Origin: Geosiphon pyriformis uo1
Lineage: Eukaryota; Fungi; Glomeromycota
Direction: 5' to 3'
Length of the DNA: 8,165 bases
NCBI GenBank assembly: GCA_016748015.1
Contig: JAAOMT010000739.1
Location: 1-8,165 of the forward strand
The notes under the pieces are model-generated. The model saw only the letters and a list, made by a program, of their open reading frames with translations. It ran no database searches and was not told the DNA's origin. The first letter of the stretch is position 1; the number at the start of each line of letters is the position of its first letter. Made by a program: the position numbers and the translations under genes. This document shows positions 7,504 to 8,165 of the stretch, one piece after another.

Positions 7504-8165
7504 ATGGCGAGCGTTGAAGATATTAAACGTCAATTAGAGGTGTCTACGACCGAGTATAGGAGATGCGTGGAGGAGCTGAAGGAGAAGGGTGAGAAGCTAG
7601 AAAAGTTAATGGAGGCTGAGAAGGAAGATGAGTTACGTGAAAAGGAAGATGAGTTACGTGAAAAGGAAGATGAGTTACGTGAATTGAAGAAGAATTTGAG
7701 ACAAGAGAAGTACAAGAACGAAAACGAAAAGCATTGGTGGATAGAAGATATACAAGCGCTAGAAAAGCAAAAAGAAAAGCTAGAAAAGCAAAAAGAAAAG
7801 CTAGAAAAGCAAAAAGAAAAGCAAATAGAAAAGCTAGAAGAAGAAGTGAAGGAGCTAAAAACGAGTAAAGATAGATGGGAGTTGCAGATGCAACAATTAC
7901 AAAATACGTTGATGGAAACAACTAAGACAGGTAACTCGGGCGTTGGGAAATGGAGTAGGATAAAAAAGTACTTTCTTTGGGGAAATAGAGTAGTGTGTAC
8001 ATAGGGTAGAATAGACATAGTAATGTGGTTTTCTATACTGTGGATTTATCACTAACTGGAGTTACTTTTCTAGTTAAAATCAGCTTGGAAGATGCGCTGT
8101 CATCTATACCACCCCCCGTAAGATATTCTTCAACAGGTGTTACATCGAAGACCACTACGAAAGTC
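7504..8165 (+). CDS. Spliced gene, 5' part: exon 1 7504-7930 (E/K-rich coiled coil), exon 2 8074->beyond window; possibly a Glomeromycotina-type coiled-coil + kinase-like/Crinkler-related protein
   Basis: ACCATGG start context after a C/A-rich leader. Splicing out 7931-8073 gives ...METTKT-VKISLEDALSSIPPPVRYSSTGVTSKTTTKV, open to the last base. The product assignment rests on recalled similarity of the exon-2 peptide and is not verified. Confidence 0.8.
7621..7683 (+). repeat. Perfect coding tandem repeat, 3 x 21 bp (AAGGAAGATGAGTTACGTGAA; KEDELRE)
   Basis: Three identical units at 7621, 7642 and 7663. Confidence 0.97.
7759..7821 (+). repeat. Perfect coding tandem repeat, 3 x 21 bp (CTAGAAAAGCAAAAAGAAAAG; LEKQKEK)
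   Basis: Three identical units at 7759, 7780 and 7801, followed by a degenerate partial copy (QIEKLE). Confidence 0.97.
7931..8073 (+). other. Spliceosomal GT-AG intron, 143 nt, phase 1
   Basis: Donor CAG|GTAACT, branch point ACTAAC (8051-8056), acceptor CTTTTCTAG| (8065-8073). Removing it skips the TAG at 8002-8004 and keeps the frame open. Confidence 0.82.

Noticed and set aside
7621-7821. CRISPR-like array
   Set aside because: The units are directly adjacent with no spacers and are in-frame coding repeats in a eukaryotic gene.
7931-8004. Unspliced C-terminus GNSGVGKWSRIKKYFLWGNRVVCT* as the true protein end
   Set aside because: It begins exactly at a consensus donor site, and a branch point, acceptor and open downstream exon are present.
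7530-8018. Minus-strand ORFs 7530-8018 and 7544-7921
   Set aside because: These S/F- and L/F/A-rich mirror translations come from the purine-rich coiled-coil exon and its repeats.

Overview
This is eukaryotic, probably fungal DNA; the protein families resemble my recollection of Glomeromycotina/Mucoromycota sequences, which I have not verified. Positions 1 to ~6810 hold one apparently full-length non-LTR retrotransposon (LINE) on the minus strand. In element order it has a short 5' UTR; ORF1 (6683->4824; RRM-like domains, a degenerate CCHC knuckle, C-terminal coiled coil); ORF2 (4824->136; APE endonuclease, reverse transcriptase, RNase H, C-terminal zinc finger), joined to ORF1 by a TAATG stop/start overlap; a structured ~115-nt 3' UTR; and a poly(A) tail cut by the window edge. 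The many minus-strand ORF-track fragments belong to just these two ORFs. Each ORF stays in one frame with no frameshift but together they carry 13 premature stops (2 in ORF1, 11 in ORF2), and catalytic or metal-binding residues are altered; all of these are explainable by C->T/G->A transitions. A ~550-bp extremely AT-rich spacer follows. Then comes a divergent plus-strand gene (ATG 7504) that retains CpGs and encodes a coiled coil with two perfect 3x21-bp repeat arrays. It most likely has an intron (7931-8073) and continues past the window end.
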